From assembly GCA_046753765.1 (NCBI GenBank), contig JBHHUN010000004.1, forward strand, positions 5,359 through 69,358: a DNA stretch of 64,000 bases, read 5' to 3'. How positions within the stretch are numbered: position 1 is the first letter of the stretch; the number at the start of each line of letters is the position of its first letter. Positions 1 to 9,684 of this stretch are shown piece by piece. Under the pieces are notes generated by a model. The model did not search any database. It was not told where the DNA came from and was given only the letters and a program-made list of their open reading frames with translations. The stretch comes from Candidatus Dojkabacteria bacterium. Its GTDB lineage: Bacteria > Patescibacteriota > Dojkabacteria > B142 > OLB20. Made by a program: the position numbers and the translations under genes.

Positions 1-322
1 TAATTCCATTATAGAGCTTGGGATTATGCGAAGCTGTGATCATGATCCCACCATCATACTCATGCTTACCGAGTACAAAGTAGACCATATCTGTTGTGGT
101 CATTCCAGTCGAATCAACCCTTCTACCAAGATCATTTGCAGCACGGACAAATGCCCTAAATAGCTCAGGGGAACTTTCTCGCATATCGTACCCGATCACA
201 TATCTTTCACCCTCAACTTTCGAAAAATATGCATGAGCCACTTTATAGGCGGCATCAGCATTCAATTCATCGGGATAAATCCCTCGAACATCGTATGCGT
301 GGAAAAAGCTATCGTTACTCAT
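1..322 (-). CDS. Phosphoglucomutase/phosphomannomutase (alpha-D-phosphohexomutase), N-terminal part. The CDS runs off the window edge.
   Basis: My minus-strand translation from the ATG at 322 gives MSNDSFFHAYDVRGIYP...GIMITASHNPKLYNGI. This contains the TASHNP active-site serine loop typical of PGM/PMM. The start is divergent from gapN. Confidence 0.7.
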   Translation of the reverse strand, partial: MSNDSFFHAYDVRGIYPDELNADAAYKVAHAYFSKVEGERYVIGYDMRESSPELFRAFVRAANDLGRRVDSTGMTTTDMVYFVLGKHEYDGGIMITASHNPKLYNGI

Positions 323-452
323 TGGGCAGGTTGTAAATATAACACTCTTAATTTACCAGAAATCGCTGCATTAATAAATTGGAGCTCAATAATTGGACTG
401 GAACGTTGTTGAACTGACACATTGACCCTGCTACTATGAATATAGATACAAA

Positions 453-1877
453 TTGCCCATGTCCCACGAATGTAAACTAATGATTAACAACGAGTGGCGG
501 GATTCTCCAAGCGGGGAGACCCTCCAGATAGTTTCTCCCTGGGATGGACAGGAGGTTGGTTGTGTTCCTGCTGCCACTGCCGAGCAGGCTGTTGGCGCAG
601 TTCACAATTCTAAAGATACGTTCGGTAGCTGGCGCAGAAGTTCAATCAAACAACGTGTAGATATCTTTCGCGGCGCACTCGAAAAGATGCGGCAAAATAC
701 CGATCTACTGATAGGGTTACTTTCAAAAGAGATCGGAAAAACCGAAGAAAGCGCCAAACACGAAATCGACAGAAGCCTTGCCTACATTGAGCTTGTTGTG
801 GAGGCAATCAAACAGATGCGCGGAAACGTCTACTACGGGGACATAACCGGAGCGTACCCCAGAGGGAGGAAAACGGGTTACTACTCCAGAGAACCTCTCG
901 GTGTTGTTCTTGCAATCTCACCATTTAATTATCCAATAAATCTTTCAGTGACAAAAATAGCTCCGGCAGTAATCTCTGGGAACACAGTTGTCTTGAAACC
1001 GTCTACTCAGGGCAGTTTGACGGCAATAGAGCTATACAAATATTTTGTCGAGGCAGGGCTACCGCCGGGAGTACTCAATATCATTACAGGTAAATCCAGC
1101 GAAATTGGTGACCCGCTCCTTACAAACAAAGATGTCTCTTTAATCGCATTTACAGGAAGCACCGGGGTAGGCAACCATATCAGACAGGTTGCGAATGGAA
1201 TACCTTTATTGCTTGAACTTGGCGGGAAAGATACCGCTATTGTAACCAGCAAAGCCGACCTTGAAGTTACTGCAGAGCAGCTCACCTCAGGGGGCTTCTC
1301 ATACTGTGGACAGAGATGCACCGCACAAAAGATGGTGCTGGTTTACGAAGAGATCGCTGATGAACTGGTTAAAAGAGTGGTTGAAGGGTCAAAGCACCTT
1401 AATTTAAACCCGCTTATTGATGATGAGTCTGCAGACTTTGTGTCGTCGTTGATTGATGACGCTGTTGAAAAAGGGGCTGTTAAAGCGCTTGGCGGAAAAC
1501 GAAACAAGAATCATATCGAAGCGAATGTACTGGACCATGTGACCGACGAGATGCGCCTATTCCACGAAGAGCAATTTGGCCCTGTGTTGCCAATTGTAAG
1601 AGTGACCGGAGAAGAGGAGGCTCTGGCAAAACACAATTCAATTCGATACGGCTTACAAGGAAGCGTTTATACCAACAACATTGAAGAAGCATTTAGAATT
1701 GCCGACAAACTTGAGGTAGGGACCGTGCAGATTAACGGCAGACCCGACAGGGGACCTGACAACTTCCCGTTCGGAGGGGTTAAGGACTCGGGACAGTTTA
1801 TGCAAGGAACAATTGAAACGATTGAACTTATGACCCGCGGAAAGCTGACTGTTGTCAACCTCCACAAATATGACTAA
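453..1877 (+). CDS. gapN: NADP-dependent non-phosphorylating glyceraldehyde-3-phosphate dehydrogenase (aldehyde dehydrogenase superfamily, GapN-like)
   Basis: 474-aa ORF. It carries aldehyde dehydrogenase hallmarks: the ELGGKD Glu motif and the FSYCGQRCTA catalytic-Cys motif. The overall ALDH architecture is present. Confidence 0.7.
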   Translation: MPMSHECKLMINNEWRDSPSGETLQIVSPWDGQEVGCVPAATAEQAVGAVHNSKDTFGSWRRSSIKQRVDIFRGALEKMRQNTDLLIGLLSKEIGKTEESAKHEIDRSLAYIELVVEAIKQMRGNVYYGDITGAYPRGRKTGYYSREPLGVVLAISPFNYPINLSVTKIAPAVISGNTVVLKPSTQGSLTAIELYKYFVEAGLPPGVLNIITGKSSEIGDPLLTNKDVSLIAFTGSTGVGNHIRQVANGIPLLLELGGKDTAIVTSKADLEVTAEQLTSGGFSYCGQRCTAQKMVLVYEEIADELVKRVVEGSKHLNLNPLIDDESADFVSSLIDDAVEKGAVKALGGKRNKNHIEANVLDHVTDEMRLFHEEQFGPVLPIVRVTGEEEALAKHNSIRYGLQGSVYTNNIEEAFRIADKLEVGTVQINGRPDRGPDNFPFGGVKDSGQFMQGTIETIELMTRGKLTVVNLHKYD

Positions 1878-1926
1878 CAACCACTCCCTCCACCCTTGTT
1901 TTAAAAAGACCAATTATGGACCAGTA

Positions 1927-2616
1927 TCAGTTGGGCATTATAAGAGAATAGTATGTAGCCGTCGCTAAAAATGTTAGCCGATCAGTATATGTTCCGGTTG
2001 AGTCTCCTGCATCAGGACTTGCACCTACTTCCCATTCAAGTCTCAGGCTGTCTATTGGTGCCAAATTTGTCGTAAAGATACTTGTTTGCATAGTTGGCAC
2101 ATCACAGTAGTAGTCTGTTCCAGTATCAAGCCTTATCGATATCTCATAAAGCCCGACTGTAGTCGGATTGACTATTCTTGTGTCCCCGGCACTTGGGTCG
2201 TCCGCATTAAAACCGATCAGTACATTTACAATGCTCCCCGAAGCAATTTCACCTGCTCCGGCATCTGTTGGTGCAGTGAAGATAATGATATCCGTCGTGG
2301 CATTTATATTCACTCCCCATGTCCCAACAGCAGCACTGCACGGATTCGCCCCTGTACACAGTGTGAGATCAGTATCATCATCTTCAAGGTCGATGTCCCC
2401 CACGTCTATAGAATTAAAATCAAAATCTGTTGTGCCATCTGTAGTAGCCTGACTGAGGACAAAGTCCACCCAATAGGTAATACCGCCTTCATCTGCGACC
2501 GTTACATTTGAATCTGCCTCGTCAAGTGTGTAGTACCCACTGCAGTCAGTACTTACCGCTGCTAAAGATGTCGCCTCCCGACAGATAGCCACCTGGTTAC
2601 CGGCACCTTTTGGCAC
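1927..2616 (-). CDS. Hypothetical Thr/Asp/Gly-rich, probably secreted or surface protein. It may be disrupted, since the upstream ORF 2562..2855 overlaps it in another frame.
   Basis: 229-aa ORF with low-complexity T/D/G-rich composition. A 97-aa ORF (2562..2855) overlaps its 5' end, which suggests a frameshift or a fragmented gene. Confidence 0.3.
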   Translation of the reverse strand: MPKGAGNQVAICREATSLAAVSTDCSGYYTLDEADSNVTVADEGGITYWVDFVLSQATTDGTTDFDFNSIDVGDIDLEDDDTDLTLCTGANPCSAAVGTWGVNINATTDIIIFTAPTDAGAGEIASGSIVNVLIGFNADDPSAGDTRIVNPTTVGLYEISIRLDTGTDYYCDVPTMQTSIFTTNLAPIDSLRLEWEVGASPDAGDSTGTYTDRLTFLATATYYSLIMPN

Positions 2617-2966
2617 GTAGAGCGTATAGGTCGACCCTGAAGCTCCCGGCAGAGCACTGAACCCACCGGGGTAGTGGAAGAAAGTCTTCTCCCCGTTGCT
2701 GTCAGCGCTAACATTTGTCTAATTTCTGCTCGCAGAAAAATCAACATTAAATAAAGCAATCCTATTTGACCGTTAGTTGAAGTGTCCGTTGACCAGTCAG
2801 AGCTTGTAACTGCTCTTACCCTTGCCGACAGGTTCGTGATCAAAGAACCATACACATCAGTATATCCCGCCGTCGGATTGGTAGTTCCGGTGCTCGTTGA
2901 TCCACCGTTGGTTCCATCGGATGAGAACGTGTTATTAATTTAGACTCTATTGCAACCTATTTGGAG

Positions 2967-5006
2967 TTATATTTGAAGTAGATTTACTGTTCTCACAAAC
3001 TCAGCGTGCGACCAGGTGAGTGGCTTCACTGACCTAGCCACGCCATGGTGTGGATCAGCCTGCTCTGCCATAAGTCCGGTGTGATCTGTGTGGTCCAGTA
3101 CCCAGGTAACATATCTCTTTGCTTTTTCAGGTTCTCCCTTGTTCAACCAATATTGTGCCATCCAAAGAGTACAGATAAACCATGGATTTCCCTGAAGAGA
3201 ATCGTCTTCTCGGTGATACCAGTCGTTTTCTTTCCGTGCGATTCCACCTACTTTTGTATCTACCCACAGTTTCTCCTCGACCTCTCTCATTGTGCTCTCA
3301 ATCCTCGGATCGTTAATATCGTACATTCCGTACCGCCAAAGTGCAAAAAACTGTGCATCAATAGAATCATCACGCACACATACCTCTTCTACCGGATCAC
3401 ACCTGATAACTTTTAGAAATCGACCCTGTGCCACTGCATACAGGTGTTTATTAGTGCTTTCAAGTATCTCTTCTTTTACCTTGTTGTATTTATCTCTGAG
3501 CTTCAGGTCTCCGTGGCTTTCAGCTAGTTTTGCTGCGGCATTTAGTCCAGCGAAAACAGTAGCTACTGTGTACGAAAATATCCCCCGTTCAATCTCCCAA
3601 ATACCATAGCTTGGTCTTGGCAGTCCGGACTGCTGATAGTCTGAGTCGAGGGGATTCGAAATGTACCGATCTTCAAAACCCTCAACTGCAGCAGAGATAT
3701 TGAATGATTCAAAATCCTCACTGTAACGGTACTTAACCAGAAAGTCAGCTGCCTTATTAATAAATCCCCACATCTCATTTAAAAACTCCTGATCACCGAA
3801 CCGCTCATGGTGTTTCCAGAGAGCATGAAGAACGAGCGCGGTTTCGTCCTCCTGGATAGGTAATTGAAAATTGCCACCGCTATCAATCCATGGGTGCCAA
3901 CTGGATGCTAACCCTGAGCTGATATCAGGGTAGTACTTATGAAGAATATATCCGTCAGTATCAAGGATGTCTTTGCAATATCGGAAAAACTTCTTTACTA
4001 GATCACCAACCCCTGCATCTATTAGTGCTTCAGAAACCATCGCGCCGTCTCTCGGCCAAAAGTAAGAGTAGGTGTCTTTTCCTCCAGCCTTAAGGAATGT
4101 TGAGTCATTAGCTGCGATAATAGCCCCACCGTTATCAAAATGCGTTCTAATAATGAGGAGTGACCTTTTATAAAGCTCAAATACTTTTTTGTCTCTCTCA
4201 TCACCAAATAGCTTTGGCTTTTTATCTTTGTAAAGTGTAACAACTTTGCTCCTTACCCAATTTTTCCAATATATATCAGTATTCTCAACTAGCTGATCAC
4301 TGCCTTTCTTTCTTATAAGCTCTGCAAGCTTGGTGGTGTCATCGAAGTTGTTTCCGCAGACGATGAAACTGTCAAATTTGGCTTTTTCATTGCTCTTGAT
4401 CTCGAACCTATAGGAGATGTTTGACTGCGCCGAGCCGGTAGTTACGGGATTATAGTGAAGCTCACCTTTATCATTTGGGACAGCACCTCGCCCATGATTA
4501 TCATTTGGTGCAGCGCATGTAAACTGATGAATATTCCCCGTCGAACCAACTCCAACGTATCTGTTCTTCTTGTAATGAACCATCAGTTGAGACCTTGGAT
4601 CCCACACTGCAGTGTTACCGACATCATCCTCAAGCATATAGAAATTATTCTTGATATACACGTAGACCTCTTTCTGGGAATCGCTCAGGTTTTCTATCTC
4701 AAATGATCTTATAAAAGCATCTTTATCAGGAAGTACACAGTCTCTTACTCTCACCTGGACCCCCTCTGTTTTATGAGTCATGATTGAATCAGATACAAGG
4801 GAATCATCAAGATACGATGTGGAGACTTTCCAGTTCCCATCAATGCCAGACGTCTCCTTACCATTTATCCGAAAAAACACCTCATTTGGTCTTTGCGCCA
4901 AATGATTTTCTTGCCCCACATGTGGCCAGTACAGATCAGAAAGATCAAGGTGTTCGTTTACGTTTACGAGCAAGTTTCCGTTTCCGAAAACCAGAGCAGT
5001 ATTCAT
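2967..5006 (-). CDS. Glycoside hydrolase family 15 (glucoamylase/glucodextranase-like)
   Basis: 679 aa. It has the GH15 catalytic-domain signature YSYFWPRDGAM (WxRD). The length is consistent with bacterial/archaeal GH15 carrying an N-terminal beta-sandwich domain. Confidence 0.65.
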   Translation of the reverse strand: MNTALVFGNGNLLVNVNEHLDLSDLYWPHVGQENHLAQRPNEVFFRINGKETSGIDGNWKVSTSYLDDSLVSDSIMTHKTEGVQVRVRDCVLPDKDAFIRSFEIENLSDSQKEVYVYIKNNFYMLEDDVGNTAVWDPRSQLMVHYKKNRYVGVGSTGNIHQFTCAAPNDNHGRGAVPNDKGELHYNPVTTGSAQSNISYRFEIKSNEKAKFDSFIVCGNNFDDTTKLAELIRKKGSDQLVENTDIYWKNWVRSKVVTLYKDKKPKLFGDERDKKVFELYKRSLLIIRTHFDNGGAIIAANDSTFLKAGGKDTYSYFWPRDGAMVSEALIDAGVGDLVKKFFRYCKDILDTDGYILHKYYPDISSGLASSWHPWIDSGGNFQLPIQEDETALVLHALWKHHERFGDQEFLNEMWGFINKAADFLVKYRYSEDFESFNISAAVEGFEDRYISNPLDSDYQQSGLPRPSYGIWEIERGIFSYTVATVFAGLNAAAKLAESHGDLKLRDKYNKVKEEILESTNKHLYAVAQGRFLKVIRCDPVEEVCVRDDSIDAQFFALWRYGMYDINDPRIESTMREVEEKLWVDTKVGGIARKENDWYHREDDSLQGNPWFICTLWMAQYWLNKGEPEKAKRYVTWVLDHTDHTGLMAEQADPHHGVARSVKPLTWSHAEFVRTVNLLQI

Positions 5007-5009
5007 CTT

Positions 5010-6917
5010 TTATTTGTTTATTAAAGATAGTGTCTCAAGCAATGTTGCCACACTCCATGCCTGAGAGATGCAACCCGCCGGCTTCATTGTAGCTGGATCA
5101 TAGATCTCAGCTAGGTACTTCACGTTGTCTTCTTCAAGCTTCAGTTCTAGCGCATTAAGTCTTTCGACCACTGCTTCTCTTGCCTTCTCATTATTAAGCT
5201 CAAGTTTGTATCTTGCGCTGAGATAGTGTCCAAGCAGAAACGGCCAGATCGTCCCCTGATGATATGCATTGTCTCGTTTCTCCTGGCTCCCTGAATAATT
5301 CCCCTTGTACGCAGGATCATCACTGGCAAGAGTCTTCAAGCCAACATCAGTCAACAGTTTACTTTTAACTGTATCAAGTATTCTGCGGGACTTCCTCTTT
5401 CCTAGAAGAGAGAAATCCAGGTATACTGCAACAATCTGGTTCGGTCTTACGCTCCCATCTTTGTCATCACCATCGATGCGATCATACAAGCACTGTGCCC
5501 TTTCGTTCCAGAAATCATTCTTAAACCATTTCTCTAGTTTTGCAGTAATCGAACGTATCTGCGTTAAATGAGTCCTATCGTTCGATTTCAATTTTAACTC
5601 AAGAAGGATCTTAAGATAGTTATACCAGAGTGCCTGGATTTCGACTGCTCTCCCGGAGCGGCTTGTAACAGGCACGCCGTTTATTTGAGCATCCATCCAT
5701 GTGAGTGCCTTGTTTGAGTTTGTGTTGACTAGATATCCCTGCTCATCTACATATACACCGAGACTGCCCTCTGAAAAAGCAAGCATAATTCCCTCAAGCT
5801 CTTCTATGAAGGACCCAACAAACTCGATATCTTTTGTGGCAAGAAAGTACTTCCATAACGCATTGACAAACCAAAACACTGCATCAAGTGAATTATAGTC
5901 GTCTACGAACGGTCGGTTGGGGAGGAAACCATTCCTTAGCAGTCCTTTCCATCTCGTGAGGAGCTGACGCGCCTCTTCAAGCCTATTTGTCGATAGAAAC
6001 AACCCTGGGAAAGAGACAAACGTGTCGCGTCCCCAGTCGTCAAACCAGTGGTATCCAGCAATGACAGATTTCTTATCACCAACATCAACAATGAAGTGGT
6101 CAGACTGCCTCGCGAGGAGTTCGCTGAGTTTGCTTCTTTGTATTCCACCTTGCTCGTGAAAGCTATCCGAAAGCAATTGAAGTCTGTTGTTATACTGGAT
6201 GAATGGGTCATCGACTGTTCTGCTGCCCCTCCCCTGACCACGGAAAAACCTGAATGTAACTGACAGTTCAGAATCGCCTTCGGGAACCTCTACCTGCAGT
6301 CTACCCGGTTTAAACAGATCTTCGTGCGCGTCGTAACCTCTCTCTTTTTCTATGGGATAGAAGAAATTGCTATATCTGTCCTGCTCGCTCACGAATGTGG
6401 GGAGGTCAGATACAATCCTCAAAAAGTCAGACTCTGCAAGTCGAACGAGTATACCCACCTCATCTTCAAATACCTCAAATTCATCCGGACCGCCTAAAGT
6501 GTGCATATTTCTGTACGTCAGGAGCGGTATCAGGTTGAATCTCATTGCCCTCAGTGCAGTAAACTGATACTTCACAACAGTGGTATTTTCACCGCGAACC
6601 ATTACCAGCGATTTTACAGCTTTGATTCCATCATGTTCAAACGTCCACCTCGGATAATGATCCAAAGAGAAGTCAGCAAGGTTCTGGAATCCATGTGGAG
6701 TTATGACGCCATCGTTATAATGGTTTGTTGAGAGCCAAATCTTTTGTGTCCCATCTTCAAACCATTCGTCGAGCCTATTTACCACATTCATACGAATTAA
6801 ATCAGTATGCGCAGCGACAAGAACACCGTGGTATTTGCGCGTACTGCCTCCCATTGACATTCCAGAAGCAAATCCACCCATTCCATTTGTTATAAGATAC
6901 TCCTGACCGGTATTCAT
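5010..6917 (-). CDS. Amylo-alpha-1,6-glucosidase, a glycogen debranching enzyme of the GDE_C / archaeal type
   Basis: 635 aa. The motif HWFDDWGRDTFVSFPGLFL is typical of the GDE C-terminal (alpha/alpha)6 domain. The N-terminal region is GDE_N-like. It is tightly packed with neighbouring glucan genes. Confidence 0.7.
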   Translation of the reverse strand: MNTGQEYLITNGMGGFASGMSMGGSTRKYHGVLVAAHTDLIRMNVVNRLDEWFEDGTQKIWLSTNHYNDGVITPHGFQNLADFSLDHYPRWTFEHDGIKAVKSLVMVRGENTTVVKYQFTALRAMRFNLIPLLTYRNMHTLGGPDEFEVFEDEVGILVRLAESDFLRIVSDLPTFVSEQDRYSNFFYPIEKERGYDAHEDLFKPGRLQVEVPEGDSELSVTFRFFRGQGRGSRTVDDPFIQYNNRLQLLSDSFHEQGGIQRSKLSELLARQSDHFIVDVGDKKSVIAGYHWFDDWGRDTFVSFPGLFLSTNRLEEARQLLTRWKGLLRNGFLPNRPFVDDYNSLDAVFWFVNALWKYFLATKDIEFVGSFIEELEGIMLAFSEGSLGVYVDEQGYLVNTNSNKALTWMDAQINGVPVTSRSGRAVEIQALWYNYLKILLELKLKSNDRTHLTQIRSITAKLEKWFKNDFWNERAQCLYDRIDGDDKDGSVRPNQIVAVYLDFSLLGKRKSRRILDTVKSKLLTDVGLKTLASDDPAYKGNYSGSQEKRDNAYHQGTIWPFLLGHYLSARYKLELNNEKAREAVVERLNALELKLEEDNVKYLAEIYDPATMKPAGCISQAWSVATLLETLSLINK

Positions 6918-8125
6918 TACTGTTTTAGCCTCCCCACTTCAGATTTAAAATCGTTGAGGATGTTCATATAATTGATATACGCGTCATACGGTGATTCGTA
7001 AGGACTCTTGTACTCTTCGTCTGTCACCGTATTGAAACTCGTAGTTGACATACTTGAAAAATGGTCAGCCTGTTGAAGACAACGCCACGTGTTTAATAGA
7101 TCACTTCTTCGTTTTCGGTCGTTCAGCTGCTCTGCAAGATCACTTACTTCTGCCTCAATCTGATACACTTCCTCTAAGGCCTCCTTCTGCAGCCTGTTTC
7201 CTTTTTCAATCCAAGATCGAGTTTTTCTGACATCTAGAGCGTCAAGGGCGTCAAAAGCGGCAATAGTTTCGCTTGGTGACCTAAACAGTGTGCCAACATC
7301 TAACACCTTCCTAAGTCTTTTTTCGAGTACCAGCAGCACCTTCTTGCTTTCCTGCAAATCCATACTAAGACTACCATATGAATAGAAGATATTTGTACTC
7401 TTACCGTTCGTTTCTCCGGGAGCATCAATGTCTTGAAGTGAATAATTATCGTCTGCAAGGAGAATTTTTAGTTTCTCCGGTGCCCTTTGTTTAAACCTGA
7501 AACTAATCGCTGCCTCGGCGGCAGTGTCATCTAATTCAACTGGATTGGCAGTATAGAGGAGCCCCTTGTTCAGTTTCTTTTTACTTACACTCCCAACCAA
7601 AACACCTTCAAATCCTAATCTTCTAATAAAACTGGCAAGCTTGTTGTTATAGATAAACTCCGTATTGCCAAAGACTTTGGGTTTTCTACGAAAAATATTC
7701 CAGATGGCTTTCCGATTCAAAAGGATCTGTTCTGCAAATTCCTTCGGAGAGTACAACCAGCTGAGCGGACTATGATATGGATAACTCACAATTTCGACCT
7801 TTCCCGTATCAACTAACTCATTGAAGCTGACAAGGAGGTCGGGAGTGTATTCTCTAAACTGCTCAAGCGCTACACCTGAGAAAGATAATGACAGTTTGAA
7901 GTTATCGTATTCTTTAAGAAGGCTTCCGAACAGCTTGTTAATGAGGAAGAAGTTAGTTGTAAGCTGTCTTTGTAATCTACCAGGATCAGAATTCCAGTCT
8001 CTGAAGTACCTATTAAAACCTACCCGTGAGTCAACATCAAAGAAATTAAACCTGGCCAGCAGGTACGGCACGTGCACGCTTAAGTACAGGCATACAGATT
8101 TTTCTCTCGGTAGTTTTCGCATCAA
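6917..8125 (-). CDS. GH57-family-like protein, a putative alpha-glucan-acting enzyme
   Basis: 402 aa. The N-terminus LYLSVHVPYLL resembles the GH57 'HQP' start region. It is translationally coupled to the GDE and glycogen-synthase genes, with 1- and 4-nt overlaps. The catalytic motif could not be confirmed. Confidence 0.4.
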   Translation of the reverse strand: MMRKLPREKSVCLYLSVHVPYLLARFNFFDVDSRVGFNRYFRDWNSDPGRLQRQLTTNFFLINKLFGSLLKEYDNFKLSLSFSGVALEQFREYTPDLLVSFNELVDTGKVEIVSYPYHSPLSWLYSPKEFAEQILLNRKAIWNIFRRKPKVFGNTEFIYNNKLASFIRRLGFEGVLVGSVSKKKLNKGLLYTANPVELDDTAAEAAISFRFKQRAPEKLKILLADDNYSLQDIDAPGETNGKSTNIFYSYGSLSMDLQESKKVLLVLEKRLRKVLDVGTLFRSPSETIAAFDALDALDVRKTRSWIEKGNRLQKEALEEVYQIEAEVSDLAEQLNDRKRRSDLLNTWRCLQQADHFSSMSTTSFNTVTDEEYKSPYESPYDAYINYMNILNDFKSEVGRLKQ

Positions 8126-9372
8126 AAATCATGGGCAAGGGCAGTATAGATACCGATCACCTTTTTACTTTGTGTGTCCCAATCCATCTTTTGAAGATCA
8201 TGGTACCCATATTCACTCAGTGTTTTTGCAAGACTTGAGTGGTTCAAGACAGCCAAAATCTTGTTTGCCATCTCATCAATATCCCAGAAATCCACCTTAA
8301 GCGCGTTGCGAACTACCTCTGATGCACCGGACTGTTTTGACATGAGGACTGGTGTTCCATTACGCATTGCCTCAAGTGCAGTAATGCCAAATGGCTCAGC
8401 AATGGAAGGCATAACAAATAGATCTGCCTGACGATAAGCCCTATCCACCCTAGAGTTTTCCAGGAATCCCGGAAAGATGACATTGCCATTAATTCCAAGC
8501 TCCAGGCTTAGATCGACAAGCTCTTCTTTCATTGACCCCTTACCTACAAACACAAACTGCACATCTTTATTAATTGAAAGGACTTTTTTAGCTGCTCTAA
8601 GCAAAAAGTCAGCCCCTTTTGATGGGGCGAGTCTGGCGAGAAATAAGACCGTAGGCACCACACGCTTCAACCCTGGAGTCAGTATAGGCTTGGTTTTCAC
8701 TTTCTTTGACTCGTCAACAGCATTATGGACGACTTCAATCTTTTTTCGAGGAATTCCATAGTGATATGCAATCTTCTTCTTGGTTTTTTCTGATACAGCG
8801 ATCACCTTATCCGCAACCTCCATCCCTGATCGCTCGTACTCATAAATTATTGGATCAGGATTATCAGCGGTGCGCTCAAACTCTGTGGCGTGAATATGCA
8901 CTACAAGTGGCTTGCCACTTACAGATTTAGCGTTAGCTGCTGCTTTGAATGTCATCCAGTCATGCGCGTGGATTACGTCGTGTTTTACTTTGCGGGCAAT
9001 ATCGAGCGCTCTTACTGCAAACTTAAGCACCTCCCCGGAGAGATCAGCACCGTACATCTCTGAGCTAGATTCTTGGGAAGGTTTCTCTTTCAGTTCTTTG
9101 GACATCTTCTCAAAATCGGCTACGTTGAGATATGGGGAGAGCAGCGACTCAACTTCGATATACTCAACCGAAGACACATCAACCTCCGATTCTGAAGCAT
9201 TAACAATCGTTAGTTTTTCTTCGTGGACGGCTCTCGGTATTTTGGGCAGAACAAACGTCACATCGACACCGTTATTGGCAAGATTGTGTGAAAGTGACCT
9301 GCAAACGACACCCAGCCCACCCGCAACAACAGGGGCGAACTCCCATCCAAACATCAAGACTCTCATTCCCAT
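8122..9372 (-). CDS. Glycogen/starch synthase-like glycosyltransferase (GT4/GT5 fold)
   Basis: 416 aa. The N-terminal motif FAPVVAGGLGVV is like the GlgA KxGGLGDV motif. A C-terminal EPFGITALEAM-type GT-B motif is present. It is the first gene of a 4-gene minus-strand glucan operon. Confidence 0.6.
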   Translation of the reverse strand: MGMRVLMFGWEFAPVVAGGLGVVCRSLSHNLANNGVDVTFVLPKIPRAVHEEKLTIVNASESEVDVSSVEYIEVESLLSPYLNVADFEKMSKELKEKPSQESSSEMYGADLSGEVLKFAVRALDIARKVKHDVIHAHDWMTFKAAANAKSVSGKPLVVHIHATEFERTADNPDPIIYEYERSGMEVADKVIAVSEKTKKKIAYHYGIPRKKIEVVHNAVDESKKVKTKPILTPGLKRVVPTVLFLARLAPSKGADFLLRAAKKVLSINKDVQFVFVGKGSMKEELVDLSLELGINGNVIFPGFLENSRVDRAYRQADLFVMPSIAEPFGITALEAMRNGTPVLMSKQSGASEVVRNALKVDFWDIDEMANKILAVLNHSSLAKTLSEYGYHDLQKMDWDTQSKKVIGIYTALAHDF

Positions 9373-9417
9373 AAGGCAGCTTCTGACACTTTCAAGATAT
9401 TATTACATATGTAGTAA

Positions 9418-9446
9418 TTGTATTCCAGCCTAGTCTATACTATAAT
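9418..9446 (+). promoter_or_regulatory. Sigma70-like promoter upstream of the thrS leader
   Basis: TTGTAT at 9418-9423, a 17-nt spacer, then TATAAT at 9441-9446. Confidence 0.45.
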
Positions 9447-9627
9447 AACGCTATCTAACAGAGAAGGGAATACATAGTAGGTGAAATTTCCCGAAAAGTC
9501 AGCCCAGGACTCAAGCTGAGCGATACCGAACAATAAAACATACCACTATAAGTAAAAAAAAAGGTGGAACCGTCCGCATTGAGACCCTTGTATACTATAG
9601 ATTTAGTAGGTAAGGGTCTTTTTTTGT
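9447..9627 (+). promoter_or_regulatory. Putative T-box riboswitch leader for thrS, including an intrinsic terminator
   Basis: AGAGAAGGGAA and GUGAAA (K-turn-like) elements sit near the 5' end. A candidate specifier region contains ACC, a Thr codon. The T-box-like sequence AAAAAGGUGGAACCGUCCGC at 9556-9576 resembles the consensus AGGGUGGNACCGCG. It is followed by the hairpin AGACCCUUG...AGGGUCU at 9582-9619 and a U7 tract, about 55 nt upstream of the thrS ATG. Confidence 0.45.
9582..9627 (+). terminator. Rho-independent terminator (attenuator) in the thrS leader
   Basis: Stem AGACCCTT / AAGGGTCT, extendable via TACTA/TAGTA, followed by TTTTTTT. Confidence 0.55.
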
Positions 9628-9684
9628 CTGATTATTATAATCAACAGTAATTGTTAATGAGAATAATTTGTAAATATTACAACT

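Noticed and set aside
323-452. TTGACC / TATAGA promoter candidates for gapN
   Set aside because: The spacing between the best hexamers is 13 nt, not 16-18, so the promoter cannot be pinned down from sequence alone.
2086-2511. Cys-rich 141-aa plus-strand ORF antisense to the T/D-rich gene
   Set aside because: The sequence looks random and has no motifs. The opposite-strand ORF has protein-like composition, so the plus-strand ORF is likely a shadow ORF.
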